This document shows positions 63,433 to 64,000 of a DNA stretch of 64,000 nt, piece after piece (the first letter of the stretch is position 1; each line of letters starts with the position of its first letter). Below the pieces are notes generated by a model. It searched no databases and was not told the DNA's origin. It saw nothing but the letters and a program-made list of their open reading frames with translations. The stretch is taken from NCBI RefSeq assembly GCF_018977255.1, contig NW_024704742.1:102548001-102612000 (forward strand). The letters run 5' to 3'. Both the position numbers and the translations under genes were made by a program. Origin of the DNA: Callorhinchus milii. Its lineage: Eukaryota.

Positions 63433-63450
63433 ATTAAATAATGTAATAAA
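63433..63450 (+). terminator. Polyadenylation signals ATTAAA (63433-63438) and AATAAA (63445-63450)
   Basis: Tandem hexamers with upstream TGTA elements and downstream GT/T-rich sequence (tcttattggtcggtgttgatccttctt). Confidence 0.7.
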
Positions 63451-63899
63451 ACCGACTGTTCTGCTGAGTCTTATTGGTCGGTGTTGATCCTTCTTGACTC
63501 CTGATGTTGTATTCAGTTTACATTTTGCTCACTTTTATTGGATGTTGCCAATTCCCGGGATTCAACGTTTCGCCACCCTGTTAATCAAATGGTTTCCAAT
63601 GTGTATAAACTCCTAAATCGCAAAGAATTGAGTTTAGGAATATGGCAAATTTAATCCAAATGTTGTGCTGGGAAGCAAAAAGATTTGAAGTTCTAGAGAT
63701 TTAATAACTGGTCAGATGAATATGGATCCATGTTTGGCAAAACATGATAAAATTATAGCAGAGGAATATTATGTGAAAAGTATCTTTTGGAGTGCAGTAT
63801 CTTGGTGAAATGAGACTAAAATTGAGTACTGTTAGTATAGAACAATTATCTAATCGAACTGTAGCTACTTTAAAGGGAAAATGGTCATGCTGTCTCTTG

Positions 63900-64000
63900 T
63901 AGTCCACCACCTGCTCCCTCACCTTATATCTCAGCTCCACCTCCTTGCCCCACTACTCACGGACATCATTAACCTCTTCTTGTCTTCTGGCACTGTTCCT
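63900..64000 (+). mobile_element. L2 ORF2 fragment running off the window edge
   Basis: STTCSL then (after a frameshift/deletion) SQLHLLAPLLTDIINLFLSSGTVP, resembling the L2/CR1 pre-RT region. Confidence 0.7.

Larger units (their letters stand above)
25843..63470 (+). other. SEMA6A: SEMA6A gene span from the first coding exon to the predicted poly(A) region (non-coding exon 1 upstream not located)
   Basis: Spliced translation gives signal peptide MKSEALLLYVSLLHFAGAG, Sema domain, PSI domain, TM segment LLAIAVILAFIMGAVFSGIIVYCIC and a cytoplasmic tail ending LKPDVPPKP...MKPNDGCT, closely matching human SEMA6A as I recall it. CDS sums to 3060 nt (3111 with the 51-nt exon). Confidence 0.96.
60704..63470 (+). 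other. SEMA6A 3'UTR (~2.75 kb)
   Basis: No interspersed repeats seen between the stop codon and the poly(A) signals; U-rich; many miRNA seed matches; a LINE fragment resumes at ~63900. Confidence 0.7.

Overview
Eukaryotic (vertebrate) genomic DNA. It holds essentially one gene on the + strand: a semaphorin-6A (SEMA6A) orthologue. I traced 19 coding exons by hand from ATG 25884 to TAA 60703, all with GT-AG sites and consistent phases. They give 1019 aa without, or 1036 aa with, a 51-nt exon that matches the known mammalian alternative exon. The ~25 kb upstream is most likely promoter, non-coding exon 1 and intron 1; exon 1 was not located. A ~2.75 kb 3'UTR ends near AATAAA 63445. Introns carry tRNA-derived SINEs with Deu-like body and L2-type tail (4 intact full-length copies plus one rearranged), L2 and CR1 LINE fragments, an older SINE-like family and a Penelope-type hammerhead remnant. 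This repeat complement suggests a cartilaginous fish, possibly a chimaera (inference, not checked). Almost all ORF-track entries are spurious or partial exons. Most interesting: the stalk-encoding exon cluster (three phase-1 cassettes, QKI/Nova/Rbfox motifs, a 165-nt AG-free zone before a stop-containing candidate exon, and a possible intronic-polyadenylation secreted isoform) and a fold-back SINE hairpin. I see no prokaryote-type novel system. Repeat boundaries are approximate, and human comparisons are from memory, not from a search.
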